A stretch of DNA of 34,406 nt from Octopus bimaculoides (GCF_001194135.2 NC_068982.1:25582554-25616959); one strand, 5' to 3'; positions 1 to 12,900 are shown, counted from the stretch's first letter. Numbers and translations: made by a program. The notes: a model not told the origin generated them from the letters alone.

Positions 1-119
1 TATATATATATACGCATGTATTTAAATTTATATATATATACATATTTCTCTGTCTCTCTATACCTCTGAGAGAGAGAGAGAAAACTTACTTGGAAAAGAT
101 GCGTGGCGTTCGATCATAT

Positions 120-880
120 AATAATATAAATAACATATAAATATATGCATATATCCATACATATATGTACATACCTACATCTATATGTATACATACATGC
201 ATATATGGGTACAGGACATCAAAAAAAACGTTAAACACGCGCACACTTCTACTATTTCTTCTCTGTCTATCTCTCTCCCTCTCTTGTTCTTCTTGTTCTT
301 TCTGTTCTTTTCTCCCTTTCACCCTTCCCTGTCTCTCTCCCTTTTCCTCCTTGACTCTCTCGTCGCTGATACGTGACGAAAAGAGATCGTTCTTTCTGTG
401 CACTTCCCTCCTAAAGAAAAAACGTGCCTTTCCTGTCACCTCATGTTTCATCTACCTAGCGTTCATAATAATTTTTCAATCGTTTTGGCTCAGCAGCCCT
501 TACCGTTTGTTTTTACTGTCTTGTTCTCACTGTTTTGTTCTTGTTTACACTTTCACCCTCCGCAAAAAATTCCAAATTTGATTTAATTTGCTTTGCTCGA
601 AGGACTGTGTCAACGAAGTCGCGTATTGTCCTTGCCTTCGGAGCGCGGAGTAGATGAAACAGGGACAACTGACGAAGGAGTATACTCTTTATGTTCCATG
701 TCTCGTTTCTTTGTGTTTTTCGTTGTTCGAAAAAAGTTCGTTTTCTGTTTTCGTTTCTCATTGTGTTTAACGTGTTTTTGATGTCCTGTAGACATATATG
801 CATTTATATATACATATAGATGTAACTATGTACATATATGTATGGATATATACATATGCTTATATATTATTTATATTATA
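120..880. mobile_element. Foldback / inverted-repeat element: arms ~120-238 and ~763-880 (right arm runs into a gap) around a ~525-nt pyrimidine-rich core; probably a PLE- or MITE-type repeat
   Basis: The reverse complement of 763-880 (gtgtttaacgtgtttttgatgtcctgtagacatatatgcat...tatggatata...) aligns with 120-238 (...atatccatac...atatatgggtacaggacatcaaaaaaaacgttaaacac) with scattered substitutions. The family assignment is inference. Confidence 0.6.
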
Positions 881-1103
881 NNNNNNNNNNNNNNNNNNNN
901 NNNNNNNNNNNNNNNNNNNNNNNNNNNNNNNNNNNNNNNNNNNNNNNNNNNNNNNNNNNNNNNNNNNNNNNNNNNNNNNNNNNNNNNNNNNNNNNNNNNN
1001 NNNNNNNNNNNNNNNNNNNNNNNNNNNNNNNNNNNNNNNNNNNNNNNNNNNNNNNNNNNNNNNNNNNNNNNNNNNNNNNNNNNNNNNNNNNNNNNNNNNN
1101 NNN
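881..1103. other. Assembly gap (other gaps: 7967-8066, 15483-16177, 20224-20552, 24385-24746, 25694-25773)
   Basis: Runs of N, mostly flanked by microsatellites. Confidence 1.
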
Positions 1104-1183
1104 TAAGTGCTGTATACCGACTAGTTTGCCCCAGTCGTTGTATGAACAGGATTGGGTATTATAAGTCGTGGATTAGCGTGTGT

Positions 1184-1615
1184 ATATGTAAATATATAAA
1201 AAGACAAAAAGATAAAGAGAGCAAAGGTAAGGTTGGAGAAGTATTTTATGGATAGAGTCTTAGAGCTGTTTCTGGGAAGACACCTCTGCTATCTCTGCTA
1301 TATCAACTTTCGCTCCAACATAAATTTCCGGATTATCCACACAAAGATTACTTTGTACGGATTTCTACAGGGATATTTACCACTGGAATGAAACTACACT
1401 TCAAGTACTGTTCTCTCATTTTTCAGCACATCACACTCATTACCACTTCATACTAAAAATATCCGCCTATGGATATAATAATAGATTACTTTATTTTTTT
1501 CTGTCTCCGATGAAGGGAAGTACTGGATCTTCCCAGAAACAGCTGTAAGACTCTATCCATAAAATACTTCTCCAACCTTACCTTTGCTCTCTTTATCTTT
1601 TTGTTTTTATATATT

Positions 1616-1624
<9 letters not shown>
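1184..1624. mobile_element. Penelope-like pseudo-LTR fragment in inverted arrangement (arms ~1184-1280 and ~1528-1624)
   Basis: About 95-nt near-perfect inverted repeat (atgtaaatatataaa...gcaaaggtaaggttggagaagtattttatggatagagtctta.agctgtttctgggaaga). The right arm overlaps a hammerhead-like motif. Inverted pLTRs with hammerheads are typical of PLEs. Confidence 0.6.
1503..1551 (+). ncRNA. Minimal type I hammerhead ribozyme-like motif (U4C core variant)
   Basis: GTCT (stem I) - CCGATGA - A - GGGAAG tactggat CTTCCC (stem II) - A - GAAAC AGCT GTA ^ AGAC (stem I'). Stem III ACAGCTGT is a palindrome. Predicted cleavage is after A1547. Confidence 0.65.
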
Positions 1625-1652
<28 letters not shown>

Positions 1653-2354
1653 AATAATAGAAGACATGAACCTAATGTCGATATATTCTTGTAGTTAAAT
1701 AAAGATTGTAGGGAGAATTGGTTTTACGCATTTACTCGTTGCTCACAGTAGGCAGTAACCATGTTGACGTAGTTGTCTGACAACGTTCATTTAAAAAATT
1801 TTATTTTGGCATTTTCTGTGGAAAGATATATTATGGAACTACTTCAGTACGAGATTTGTTACAGACCTACTATAGCGATATTACTTAAACTTCAGACATA
1901 AAATTCCCACATGTCCCAGCGTGACATCCAGAATGTGACAGGTGTAATAGAGAAAGAGCCAAACTCTCAAAGTGGGATGTGCGTGCGCACGTCTCTGTGT
2001 GTGAAAGGGTGCTTGTGTTCGTGTGTGTGTGTGTTTGTGAATGTGCGTGTTTCGGTGTGTTTGCGCGCGCGCGTATTTGTGTGTGTGTGTGTCTGTGTAT
2101 GCCTCTTGAGTTCAGCTCAAAAATAAATATAACTATTTGGGATTTTAGCTTTTACTAAACTTATTAAAGAAGTGTCTCTTCTCCAGTAAATATGATTCAG
2201 AACCATTGGTTGTGTTCACAGAAGAGTAACTTCATATGTGATAGTATGATAATGTTGAAAGACATCTATTCCATTATCAGCAGACGTATTTTGCTTATAC
2301 ACGCAGGCACACATACATGTGCGCGCACACATATGCGCACACACATATGTATGA

Positions 2355-2379
2355 GCCTGTGTGTGTGTGTATATGTATA

Positions 2380-2424
<45 letters not shown>

Positions 2425-2468
2425 CACACATGCAAACACACACACGTATATATGTGAGTGTGTATATA

Positions 2469-2529
<61 letters not shown>

Positions 2530-2565
2530 TGACACATACACACATAGATAGATAGATAGATTGAT
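2355..2565. repeat. Compound (TG)n/(TA)n/(CA)n/(GATA)n microsatellite
   Basis: Directly visible simple repeats. Confidence 0.95.
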
Positions 2566-5500
2566 ATGATTCTGTCATTTTTTCGCATCAAAAAGATCCG
2601 TCACATTTTGTAGGATGTTTATGATACAATACAAATGCATCAGCATCTATATTTTGTCCGTTTCTATCTTATTCGTTGGCGTTGAATATAAATAAAAGAA
2701 AACGTAATACATGCCAATCGACAATTCACATATACCAATAGAGATGCAATTTAATATTCATTGTAATAGGCAAGAATGTCTCCATTGCTCTCAGAATAAT
2801 TTAACAGGTATATGAACGACAATTTTCATTTACTCATTTACATTTCATTTCAATGCCAGAATTCATTTGATTTATATTTGCATATCAATTACGGATACTG
2901 CTGGACTTTTTTTTTTCCAATTTTTCACAGTGTTTCTGTATGATGATGATAAACTACAACGTATATACAATTGATGCTAAAGCTGTGGAATTTTAAGTTC
3001 CCAAATGCGAATGCGGAAACTGACAACGTTCAACGCTCAAAAATCTCAGTATGTTCTTCGTGTTGTATACCAGATTTTATCAACGTTTTATACTTCAGAA
3101 CTAAACGCATTTCTGTTGTTGGGCAAACATATCATTGTAGTGAAATCAAAACACAGAGTGATTTCCTAAAGATGTAGGCGTAAATAACCGTGGAGATGCT
3201 TGAGTGTTTAGGAGAAGTCCCGTGGCGCTACTTTACACTTCCATACAATGTCATGGCGCATGATAATTAGTACGTTTCTATTTTAATAGCTGAATAACTC
3301 AGTATTGAAGATTTAGAATCAACATTTCGGACATCAAACTAGTGTATGTGGAGCCTAAATTGCCAATTTGTGATTTTCCGTGGTTTCATCTCTTTCATGT
3401 GGTAAACGTTCAGTCAGCGTTTCCGTTTATTAGACAATGTAGTTCTTGTCAAGTAGAGGAAGATTATTTTGCAGTAGCTACTTAAAGAACTATACATAAT
3501 TATAATGGATATGAGATTAACTGCTCTTTTGTCTTTTATGGCTGCAATCCATCAATGAAACCGACTACTTCAAAACTTGGATAAGAATAGATACTTTGTA
3601 TCAGTCCCACAACCATAAATCTATGAGATAATTTGAACATTATTGCTAACGTTTCTTTGTAAACCTTGAAGATCGACTCTCAAAAGTCTGCAGGCTTTGT
3701 ATTATCTATATGGGGCGATTTTCTTTGGCTCTCAAATATTCAGTTATACTAATGAGATGTGCGGGTAATATACCGGTTTTCTTTTGCACTGTCTTTATTT
3801 TTTAGTAGTAGCCAAAATCGTGAGATTGTTTTAAGTTTATTAGCTCATAATATATCTATAAAGAAGCAGAGGGTAGATAATTAGAAATAGTGTCTATTAA
3901 TTTTATGCAATCTTATGTATTTTTGCTGGATACGTAAAAGCGAAAATGTTCCGTATATATCAACGACTACTGTGACCTTTGTTATCACAAATTAGTAACG
4001 CTATGTGTGTGATCTAGCTAAACAACAGGCTGAAGAAAGTTCATTACACAGTCTCTCAACGAACTATAAAAATACGATATAAATTTGATGGGTTAGAAAT
4101 GAATAGATATATATTTGCAGCAATACCTACTGAAATGATGTTTTTCAGGGAGACAAGTTTGGCAATAATATCTCCAAGATGGTTATTGCTATAGCGTTAT
4201 CAAGCTAGTCCTTACTCACACTTAGTGGAGGAATTTTAGACCTATTCTGTAAGATTACTGGGTGAATGTCAGTATTTCTGCTATCAACATTCGACGACCG
4301 AATGTGAACGTACAAAACACAAAGGTCTAGCCACCCTAATTTGAGTTCTTTGTAGTAAAATACCAGTTTCATTCTGCTTGAAGAAATTAGTTTCTTTTTA
4401 GTGTCCTTCTTGTATGTTATTTAGTTCTGCGTAGTTGATACTTTACCTTCACATCCTTCTCTTTTAAAGGTAGTAGATGTAATGTGAGGAAGATTTAATT
4501 ATTTGTAACATCATGACGATGGTGCAAGTAACAAGTACAAAATTGCCCTTAGACTACACATACTGCCTAGGTTAATATTGGTATCTTTATTTCACCTTAC
4601 GTTACATCGAATGTAACTCCGAAATTGTTTATTCTATCATATATTTCAAAGAGACTATTGATGCGCATTCACCTTTATGACATCGTATGACAGCGAGTCT
4701 TGCGCGTTTACTTTTTTGTACCAAAACAGACGAGTTATCGTTTTGCGATAGCGCATACGATGTATAACACTTCCACTATTTCAGAGCCGTACGTTAATGT
4801 GAGTAGAATGTGTGCCACAGAGAAATTAAATAAGTTTTGTCAATATGGATAAAGTTTGAGTGAGTCGCACGTAAAGTAAATCAAGAAATGGGAAATCCAG
4901 CACCTTTATTTTAGCGATTAAATATTTTAGTGTTGTACGTGAAACCTATGTATATACATAAAATTGTTTGCTTTATGTATATAGCGTGTTTTTTTTGGGC
5001 GAAATTTTATAGGTTTCACAACTCTATTTTTGTATATTTTTGGCGTCTCCTTTAGTAATGAGTTTCAGGTTTATTATATTCGATATGATGCTGCCAAGAA
5101 TAACATGATCTTTCTTAATAACATTATACTCAGCAAATTATTGTTATTGGATGGGGTAAACCAGGTATCTGGTCTATATATTTCTCTAGAAAATGCATAG
5201 GAAGTGATAGAGAGAGACACTTAATGCGTCCAACGAGAGTCAAAATGATCAATTGTCAGCCAATTGTTATCAAATGTATAATCTTTCAATTATTGAAAGA
5301 AAATATCTTACAGCCATATCAATAGATATAAAGTGATATTCAAGTTTGAAAGTTTCAAGTCACCAACCATAAATGACTGAAACGGAATCTTCTTCACGTA
5401 TATAAATCAATTTTTTTAAATTCCTGTTGGTCAGGTCCCAAAATTATCATTTTATTCTTGGCAACCAGCAGTTTGACTGTTAAATGAATTCGATGACTGG

Positions 5501-6365
5501 AAGTGTATTTCCATTTATATTGACTCACGCGGAAGCAATAAGTAAGTGGGAAAATGCTATTTGTTGACGTGGGCTGGGAATCAATGGTGCGGTGTCCAAT
5601 AAGTCGATTCTAAAACTCTCATACATGGTCTTTTGTTATGCAACTCTTCGAACAAAGAAAACTCGTTATGATGCACTTTGACCCTACATAGATTGTGGAG
5701 ACGTGTGTCATGACCCATTATAAGATATCTCTCAGGCACCCACAGCACTACAACTCTATATCTACACCATCTACACCCATTACACCATCTCAGTCTTATG
5801 TGTATGCGGCAAATTGTTCACAAATAACTGCTGGGGAATTATATAAAAAATACTAGTGTCAGATTGCTTTGCCTTCATGGGTGTATGGACATTTTCAATG
5901 TAATGTTGTACATGGTGCTGCATTAATGCTGTATTAACACATTCTCTTCAAATACAATAGTCTCGGCAATTTTGTCGACATCACCAATATGACACTTTTG
6001 GCACTGGCTATTTTTACTATGCACGTTTTCCGACTAAATAATGTTTAACATCATTCTGACAGTATTTATACTATTCTGGGATTTTAGCCCAAGTGAACAC
6101 TACGGAGAGGTGATTTACGTGAAGGGAAGTGAAGGAACTAGAAGTTTTATTGTAAACTGGTTAGAATATTACTACCAGCTTCTGAGAGTTAGTTAGTAGT
6201 AATATTCATTCCTGCATGTGAGCAAAAATACACACACTCACGCATGCATACGTATACACACACACAACACACACACGCACACACACGTACAATCACATTC
6301 GCGTGCACACACACGCGCGTGCACTCAGCATACACATATGTACGTAAGATAGCGAAAGAGAGTAG

Positions 6366-6443
<78 letters not shown>
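6366..6443. repeat. (GA)n microsatellite
   Basis: Long AG dinucleotide run. Confidence 0.98.
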
Positions 6444-6447
<4 letters not shown>

Positions 6448-8066
6448 TGTATATGTGTATATGTTACAAAATTGATCATCTTGTGTCTTTTTGTCTCTCA
6501 GTGACTGCTTGTCTTCAAGGCATATTTTCTCCTCAAAGTTCTTTGACAGTCGCAAGACATAAAAAAAAGCATGAAATAATCTCTTCTGTGCTCTACATGC
6601 ATACATTTGTTTGACGTCATTTTGCATCATTTGCGTTCTTTATACCCTTGAGAAACATATGTACGTGACATCTTGTTTCCTCTATATCTGTGATGCTGAG
6701 CTTCAGCAAAACATTCATTTTGGATTCCGCTAGCAAAATTCTAATTTGCACTGTCGAGTCTGCAGTGCATTGTCTTTTCATTTGTTCAATGTTGCATATT
6801 GATTTGATTTATCCTGTACATTTAGATCGCTGTGTCAATCTGAAGCATACGCTTTACGATTTTCTGCTATCCTTAGATGACTAAATGAAGAACAGTTACG
6901 ATGTTATTAACTTAGCCAATAGACATTATCACTATTGAAATTATTTGCTTTCCTTCTATGGTCGTGATTGTTTTCTTTCCTTTTATTGTTTCAATTATTA
7001 TCAAAGTTCTGATCGGAAACATTGTGTTTCAGATCATTCGCAATGTAGGGAAAGTCCTCATACATTTCTTCTCTATAACATAGAAACAAAAAATAACTAA
7101 ATCAACCACTTTAAAAATAATCTGAAAAATATGTTATAATATCATTTCACACAAGATATATATTCTCTGCATCTATTTATCTCCTTTCCCATCCATTCCG
7201 CATATTATACATTCCGTTACTATTAGATCAGCTTTCACACATTAGATTTCTTAAACATCATTCCCTCTTCTTTTAACTCTTAATTTGTCTCTCTTTTTCT
7301 CTCCCACACTTATAATCTTTATACCTATTTTCTCCGAGAAATGCCAAAACTTTTTCTTCTACTTTTAATCAAATGAAAATAACTGAAGTATATTATATGA
7401 TAAATTTCGTATCAGTTTTATCTCACAACAAACTAATGCTAGTGCTAGCAGGGACACAGGGAACCTATTGGTGTACTACCTCAATAGATCTAGTATCATA
7501 TAAGTGATATTAACAGTGAAGAACGCGATCAAACAAGGGAGAGCCTCTACGCGATCGTTTGACCGGCTAGACATACCAACTCCTATAGTCTTGAGAAGAT
7601 AATGGCGTCCTGAAGACATACGCTAAAAATAAAATGTGATATACACGTTTGGAATACTTTTAATAAAATGTCGGCACAGTGAGTTATTCTGAGATTAGAC
7701 GACTTCAAAAATAACAGTAAAGATTACAATCAGAGATCAGTATGCTTCATGAGTGTCAACTTACGTCACTGTGCGCAAATTTTCCTATGAGCAAAACCTG
7801 ATAAAGTCAAGTGCGTTATTTATTTATTATTATTTTTTTTAAGATACTTTAGCAAGGAGGAGGAAGGTACCGACCATTGCATAAGATGCAGTTCAGAACC
7901 ATCTGACAAACAAATTACTGGCAGATATATTCCTTCAAAAATTGTTCTCTCTCTCTCTCTCTCTCTNNNNNNNNNNNNNNNNNNNNNNNNNNNNNNNNNN
8001 NNNNNNNNNNNNNNNNNNNNNNNNNNNNNNNNNNNNNNNNNNNNNNNNNNNNNNNNNNNNNNNNNN

Positions 8067-8115
<49 letters not shown>

Positions 8116-8719
8116 CATATATATACATATACATATGTATATGTGTGTGTGTATACATCTATATATTTACATATATATATATATACATACATATATACGT
8201 AAATACAATACTGGTCGAAATCTATCTCAGTTTCTCCGAAAGGTATTATTAAAACTAACTAAATTCCCTCTAGAAAAGAGAAATTCCATCTTCCCACATT
8301 TCTGCTTAGTGTTACTGCCTTTAATCGACATGTTAAACTAGACTCGGATACAAACACTATGGAACGACACTCAACTATCTTTTATACAGAGTTGCCTACA
8401 AAAAGCGTAAACTTTAGGAATAATTCTACAGAAGCATTGCATTAACACATAAAACAAAACTCAGCGCCAAACTTAAAAGATGTTAGGTTCAGCTGTCGAA
8501 ATAATAATTTACAGATGTAACATTCTAAATTAGACGCTAATGAATTAACAAGACTAGACAGGAAGAAAGAAGAAAAAACGAGTGCATTATGATGTCACGC
8601 TAGGAAATCGATTAAATTCTCAGTAACAGATTTCTCGCAAGAAATCAGTTTAGAGTTCGAAAATCTCTAATCTGAACCTAATGGAGCAGCGAAAACGGAC
8701 ATGCAGATGTCATATAGAT

Positions 8720-9038
8720 CAGTGCTACTCAAAGTGGTGGTCCGCGAACCGCTGCTGGTCTGCGAGCCATCAGCGGCCGGTATGTGGTGCGTTTCCAGGA
8801 AAGAAAGAAACATTACAAAATGCTTATAAAATGCTTATGTAACAATGCTTATAAAATTCTTATGTATTATTTATTTATAAAATAAATATAAGAGGAAAAA
8901 AAATTGTCAACTTTTATTATATTCATTATATATATTGTTTGCGGTATAAATTAATATTAGTAAGAATCATTACCGGTCCCTAGTACATTAGCAAAAAAAA
9001 CTTCCGGTACGCCACATCAGATAGTTTGAGAAGCACTG
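8720..9038. mobile_element. Non-autonomous hAT-type element (MITE), ~319 bp
   Basis: TIRs CAGTGCTACTCAAA (8720-8733) and TTTGAGAAGCACTG (9025-9038). 8-bp TSD atatagat (8712-8719) / acatagat (9039-9046) with one mismatch. An 8-bp TSD and CAG termini are hAT (Charlie-like) hallmarks. Confidence 0.85.
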
Positions 9039-9123
9039 ACATAGATTACGTTGTGTAAAGTCATGCCATGCGAAAGCATGCTTCCATATCGCTATTGTAT
9101 TCGAAATGGGAACCGAGTATATA

Positions 9124-9465
9124 TCAGGTCACCCCATAAGTTCTGTCCGAATTTTGAATAAAGAAAACAAGTGATAAAATGCTATATTTAATTGAAATTT
9201 AATCATCAATCTACTTTCTCTGATTATCTATGACTTCTTTCCATCTATTTACAAGATTTTAAATCCCATCAATGTAAAACTATTTTAGTTTCAAAGCGAA
9301 GAACTCTGAAATGTCAGTTTCGACCTCCTCCTGGCTTGCGAAAGTAATGTCCCCCAAGTGATTCTGTAAACTACGAAACAAATGGTAGTCTCAAGGAGCA
9401 AGGTCGGGAGAATAAGGTGGATGAGGAATTTTTTCCCAACCAAGCTCTTCGATCTTCTGTGAAAT
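9124..9465 (-). mobile_element. mariner (DD34D) transposon 3' fragment with one TIR; transposase pseudogene
   Basis: Minus-strand translation KIEELGWEKIPHPPYSPDLAP*DYHLFRSLQNHLGDITFASQEEVETDISEFF...NLVNRWKEVIDN contains the mariner YSPDLAP(S)D motif. TIR-like TA|TCAGGTCACCCCATAAGTTCTGTCCG at 9122-9149. In-frame stops present. Confidence 0.92.
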
Positions 9466-9848
9466 TAGCTGAAATACTAAAAAAATTGCACTGGATCAGC
9501 AATTGACCGAAATTGTTATGGTAGTTAAGGATTATGACTATACGCTCTAGAAAATACCAATATTAGGAGTTGTAGGAATTGTTAGATTATTTACAAATAT
9601 CATTTGTTAAACGTGGATAATTTCTTACCTTTGAACATGTGTGTAACCATAGACACCTAGTTAACATTGAAAACCTCTTGGTATGGTTTTCACGAAATAT
9701 TTAACTCCAGTTTTAAGAAGGGAATGCTTTATGTATTTCTCAAAGCACGAATGATAAATATAACAAAAACAAACACAATAACGACGACAATAAAGATCAC
9801 GGTGCGAATACAAATCCAATTTTCTTTCTACTATAGGCGAAAAACCTA

Positions 9849-9961
9849 GAATTCGGAGGCAGATTGCAAGTCGATCACATTAAGCACGGTATTCAACTCG
9901 TACTAATTTTATCGACCCTTAACAAAAGGCAATATCGACCTCAGTGGAATTTGGACTCAGA
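9849..9961 (-). mobile_element. Degenerate fragment of the same SINE family as 16255-16467
   Basis: Reverse complement reads tctgagtccaaattccactgaggtcgatattgccttt...gggtcgataaaattagtacgagttga...tgatcgac, matching the box B and body of the intact copy. Confidence 0.8.
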
Positions 9962-12900
9962 TAGAAACCATAATTGAGTCAAACAACTATGGATGGGTGT
10001 CAGTATTATAACTGGGGAGATAAATACTGTTAAACGTTATTGAAAGACCAAGCACAATATGTTGATTATATTACATATATGTTATACTATTAAATATTTT
10101 CATAATAAATTGAGGAGTGTACAAAGTTTCATACCGTAAGTTTAATATTGAGCGTAAATAGAGCTTTGACAAAAAACTTTTGCTTCATATATGTAATTTG
10201 CAGCCAAATGTAAGCAGTGGTGTACGTAATACATATTTCTTTAACCTTCAGTCTAGGGTTAGATTTTTCTGTTGGCCTGTCGGAGATGATTAATAAAAGT
10301 CCAATCATGCAATTATTTTGACTCGACTTACGTTACATGTTTATTTTCCTCATTTCGATATTGCTCACTTTCTCTTTAATACTTAAATCATGGTTAGTGG
10401 TTATTCAAGGAATATCAAGTAATTGACTCTGTTTATTGTACTCGTACGTGGATAAAGGAATTTTTGTAAGAATTAAATATCCTAGATAACTTAGACAGGT
10501 TTCGGCGACTATAGGCCCAGGTCATGTCTAATTTAATGGCACCATTTTGTGAAATATGAATTACAAATGAATAAACTAAATGTTGAGTATATTTCTTCTC
10601 TCTTCTAATGCTTTAAGGACAATGTTTAATGGCTTAAGTATAAATTCGTTCAAATTTCGTTCAAATATATAGAAAATTTCTGATTTGGAGAAGGACATCA
10701 TTCTTCCGATTGCTCACTCACTGGAATGCTAGAATTTTGCTTAGTTCCTACAGCAAAACAATTTGATCCGTTATTTAATTTATGTTAATGATCATTTGCT
10801 GTCGCAGCCTTTCAGAAAATTCCTTCGATTCTCATATTATAATAATTTCTTCATACAACGCGTTTATCTGCCAGGTAACCTAAAATGTTTAGTAACTTTA
10901 ATGATATTGGGGAAAATCGTTTCATTTCTGAGTCGAAATAATTATAATTCTTATAATTCACCAAAATATGTGACATGAGATGACCAATGGTGTGTAAAAA
11001 TCATGTTTATTGAATCAAATCAATCTATTTACACCTAGCAGCACATATTTCACCGTTGAATTAATGTTTAAGACCATAATTACAATGCAAAAAAGGCAAT
11101 AACTATAATATAACAAGGAATATCAGGATGCTAAGCCCTATGAATCTCAGATGTAATTATGATTTCGCTTAACAGCAGTTTCTCTCTTTCACAAAAATAT
11201 TAACTTTCAACTGCAGGCTTTAATTATTTCTATATACCAATGCGTAAAGCTGATTTCCTCTCTCTTATAAATAGAAAATCTCCATTTATTACAATTCTTT
11301 TCTAAAAACAATTATCATTAAATTTCATATCATAGTCTTTTTTAAGGAATATATCTCATGTCCGGGTGCTCTTAAACATAATTAGTTTGACAGTGGTTTG
11401 TAACTCTAAGAGGTTTAGAAAATAATTGTTTCCGTAACAATGAACTTCACTTCATTACACATTGTATTATGACTGTAGAATATAATGATCATAATTATTG
11501 CTTTCTACTGTTATCAACACATAATTTGTACAAAGCTTTCTAGCTATAAAATTGTTTTCTACTTTAATGATAATCACACAGTAAGCACAGTTGTCACAAG
11601 ACTTGTAATAAAGTGAATTATATGAAAGATGTATATGTCCCTGATGATTAATGTAAACTAACCAGCTCAGTATGCGAGTGAATTATGAGCGCATTGTGAG
11701 CCTCAGGCAAATCACCTGTGTCTAGGCCTTCAGTTGATTGAGAAATATTTTCTTTACAGTGTGAATAAGAATGTTAGTTCATTAAAACAGAATATTCCAT
11801 AGGCTAAATGTCTCATGACACTTTCGTCAGTGGCATGCGAAAAAGGAATTTTTCACTGTAATATTTGTCTGAATATAGGATGTTTGTGTATTTATAACAG
11901 AAATTAATAATGGCTGTTGATGGTAATAGATACAACCAAAAGCGGTAATTTCTTTGCGCCAAATTAATTAGCTTTACTTCTCACAGACTCTATCTTCATC
12001 TTTCTGTGTGTATGTGTGTACCTGTGTGTGTCTGTGTGTCTGTGTGTATACACACACACAGAGGTATGTGAGTGTATCTGTCTGTATACACACAGACAGG
12101 TATGTGAGTGTGCGTGTGTGTGCGCGTGCGCGTGGGTGTGAGTGGGTGTAGGTGTGTGTGTGTGTAAGCAATTATGTGGGCAAACAAATTAGGCACGCCA
12201 AATATATCAAACACATCTTTGAATTTCTCTGTATTGAGATCTGAAATATAAGATATCTACCCTGATGACGGACGCACGTCTCCTTTTATTTAAATGCATC
12301 CATACAGCCGCATATTGTGATGAACTAAATCTGTGAAGCTGTTTTACGGATCGCTGAGAACCTAGAAACAGCTACTAGATTTTAATTCAATTAATGCAAT
12401 TTACTGACATATTATGCGTGATAAAATGAAAACAGTTTTTGCTTGTTTGTTTTTAACCGAAAGACGAAGATATTTTGAATCAGAAATGTTAACCATAGGT
12501 GATGAAACATAAAAGTTGAATAAATACTTTTCTAGCTTTTTGTATCGTGAACAACATACTGCGCATTTACTGTATTCAGCACGTGAAACATTCGACAAAA
12601 TTCGTGAAACTGTCATTGTTTACAGCTTCAAAAATTATTCATCAATGTTAGCAATATATAAAGTATGTAGTTTCGCTAACCGTAAATAGACCACATGTTT
12701 ATTAAATATATGTGCTAAACACTGGGCCCCTGGAGACACATTTATGCAAATTGTATCATTTTCGGCTTGGTAGGTATATTAATGACATACTTTTCTTATT
12801 GCAAACTGGTTACAGGAATCAATTAATGAGCGCAAAGCGAGAGCTGCTTTGCTACACCGGATCAATAAATAAACCGTGAAGTATGTTCTAATAATGTAAA

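Noticed and set aside
86-581. ORFs of 121-138 aa at the window start
   Set aside because: Translations of (CT)/(GA)/(TA)-rich repeat sequence with low complexity.
5578-6046. Stop-poor frame with weak resemblance to a Ulp1-like protease (HTWSFV...HFDP...QCN) or a GPCR TM3 (WVYGHFQC)
   Set aside because: Five stops and two incompatible weak resemblances; not supportable without a profile search.
6612-6619. CRE palindrome TGACGTCA (also 15115-15122)
   Set aside because: An 8-mer occurring twice in 34 kb is near chance, and there is no defined promoter.
11640-12290. Other CTGANGA cores (11642 +, ~11826 -, 12262 +, ~33560 -)
   Set aside because: No GAAA after the putative stem II, so not hammerheads.
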